Positions 31,849-32,000 of a stretch of 32,000 nt of DNA are shown here, piece by piece. Within the stretch, counting starts at the first letter, position 1. Every line of letters starts with the position of its first letter. The stretch lies in the NCBI RefSeq assembly GCF_000400465.1, contig NW_008806301.1, forward strand, positions 1 to 32,000, in the 5' to 3' direction. The DNA is from Wallemia ichthyophaga EXF-994 (Eukaryota > Fungi > Basidiomycota). Below the pieces are notes generated by a model. That model worked only from the letters and a program-made list of their open reading frames with translations. It was not told where the DNA came from and did not search any database. The translations under genes and the position numbers were made by a program.

Positions 31849-32000
31849 CGAAAATAGACAAAAACGCCGAATAAGAGACAAAGTTCAGCGAGTTAATCAA
31901 GGAAGCATTGAATATTGAATATTTAGTGTGATTTAGCGTGAGGGATTTGAGGAATGTACTAAGCAAATGAATGTGACTAATTGGATACGCAGCAAACTGT

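Overview
Gene-dense, intron-rich eukaryotic (fungal) DNA with about 15 protein-coding genes and one tRNA gene. No prokaryotic operons, CRISPR arrays or recognisable transposons were seen. Introns are very short (mostly 42-55 nt; GTRAGT/GTGGGT/GTATGT-type donors, CTRAC/CTCAC branch, YAG acceptors) and intergenic gaps are often 30-400 bp. Together with an acid-rich class I hydrophobin, this points to a compact basidiomycete such as Wallemia (inference, not confirmed). Order: partial ORF, tRNA-Lys(CTT), <ARS2/SRRT, <NSR1, XRN2/RAT1>, <PSA1/MPG1, <FHA-kinase (Chk2/Cds1-like), <BIG1/VOA1-like gene (absent from the ORF track, reconstructed by hand), GUT2>, hydrophobin>, VPS26>, <SSK1, MDH1>, PRM1>, <ECM15, RRM-YTH>, <DUF4203 membrane protein. 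Most genes are conserved housekeeping genes, and I cannot demonstrate a new multi-gene system. The best leads are an RRM-YTH protein whose m6A-cage loop is deleted, three adjacent nuclear RNA-processing genes (two sharing a 92-bp promoter), an intact PRM1 with HMG-type upstream motifs, a probable GC-AG intron and a near-abutting antisense neighbour, a GUT2 with an EF-hand tail, and an osmoadaptation-flavoured neighbourhood. Splice models were derived by manual reading; family assignments rest on remembered motifs, not database searches.
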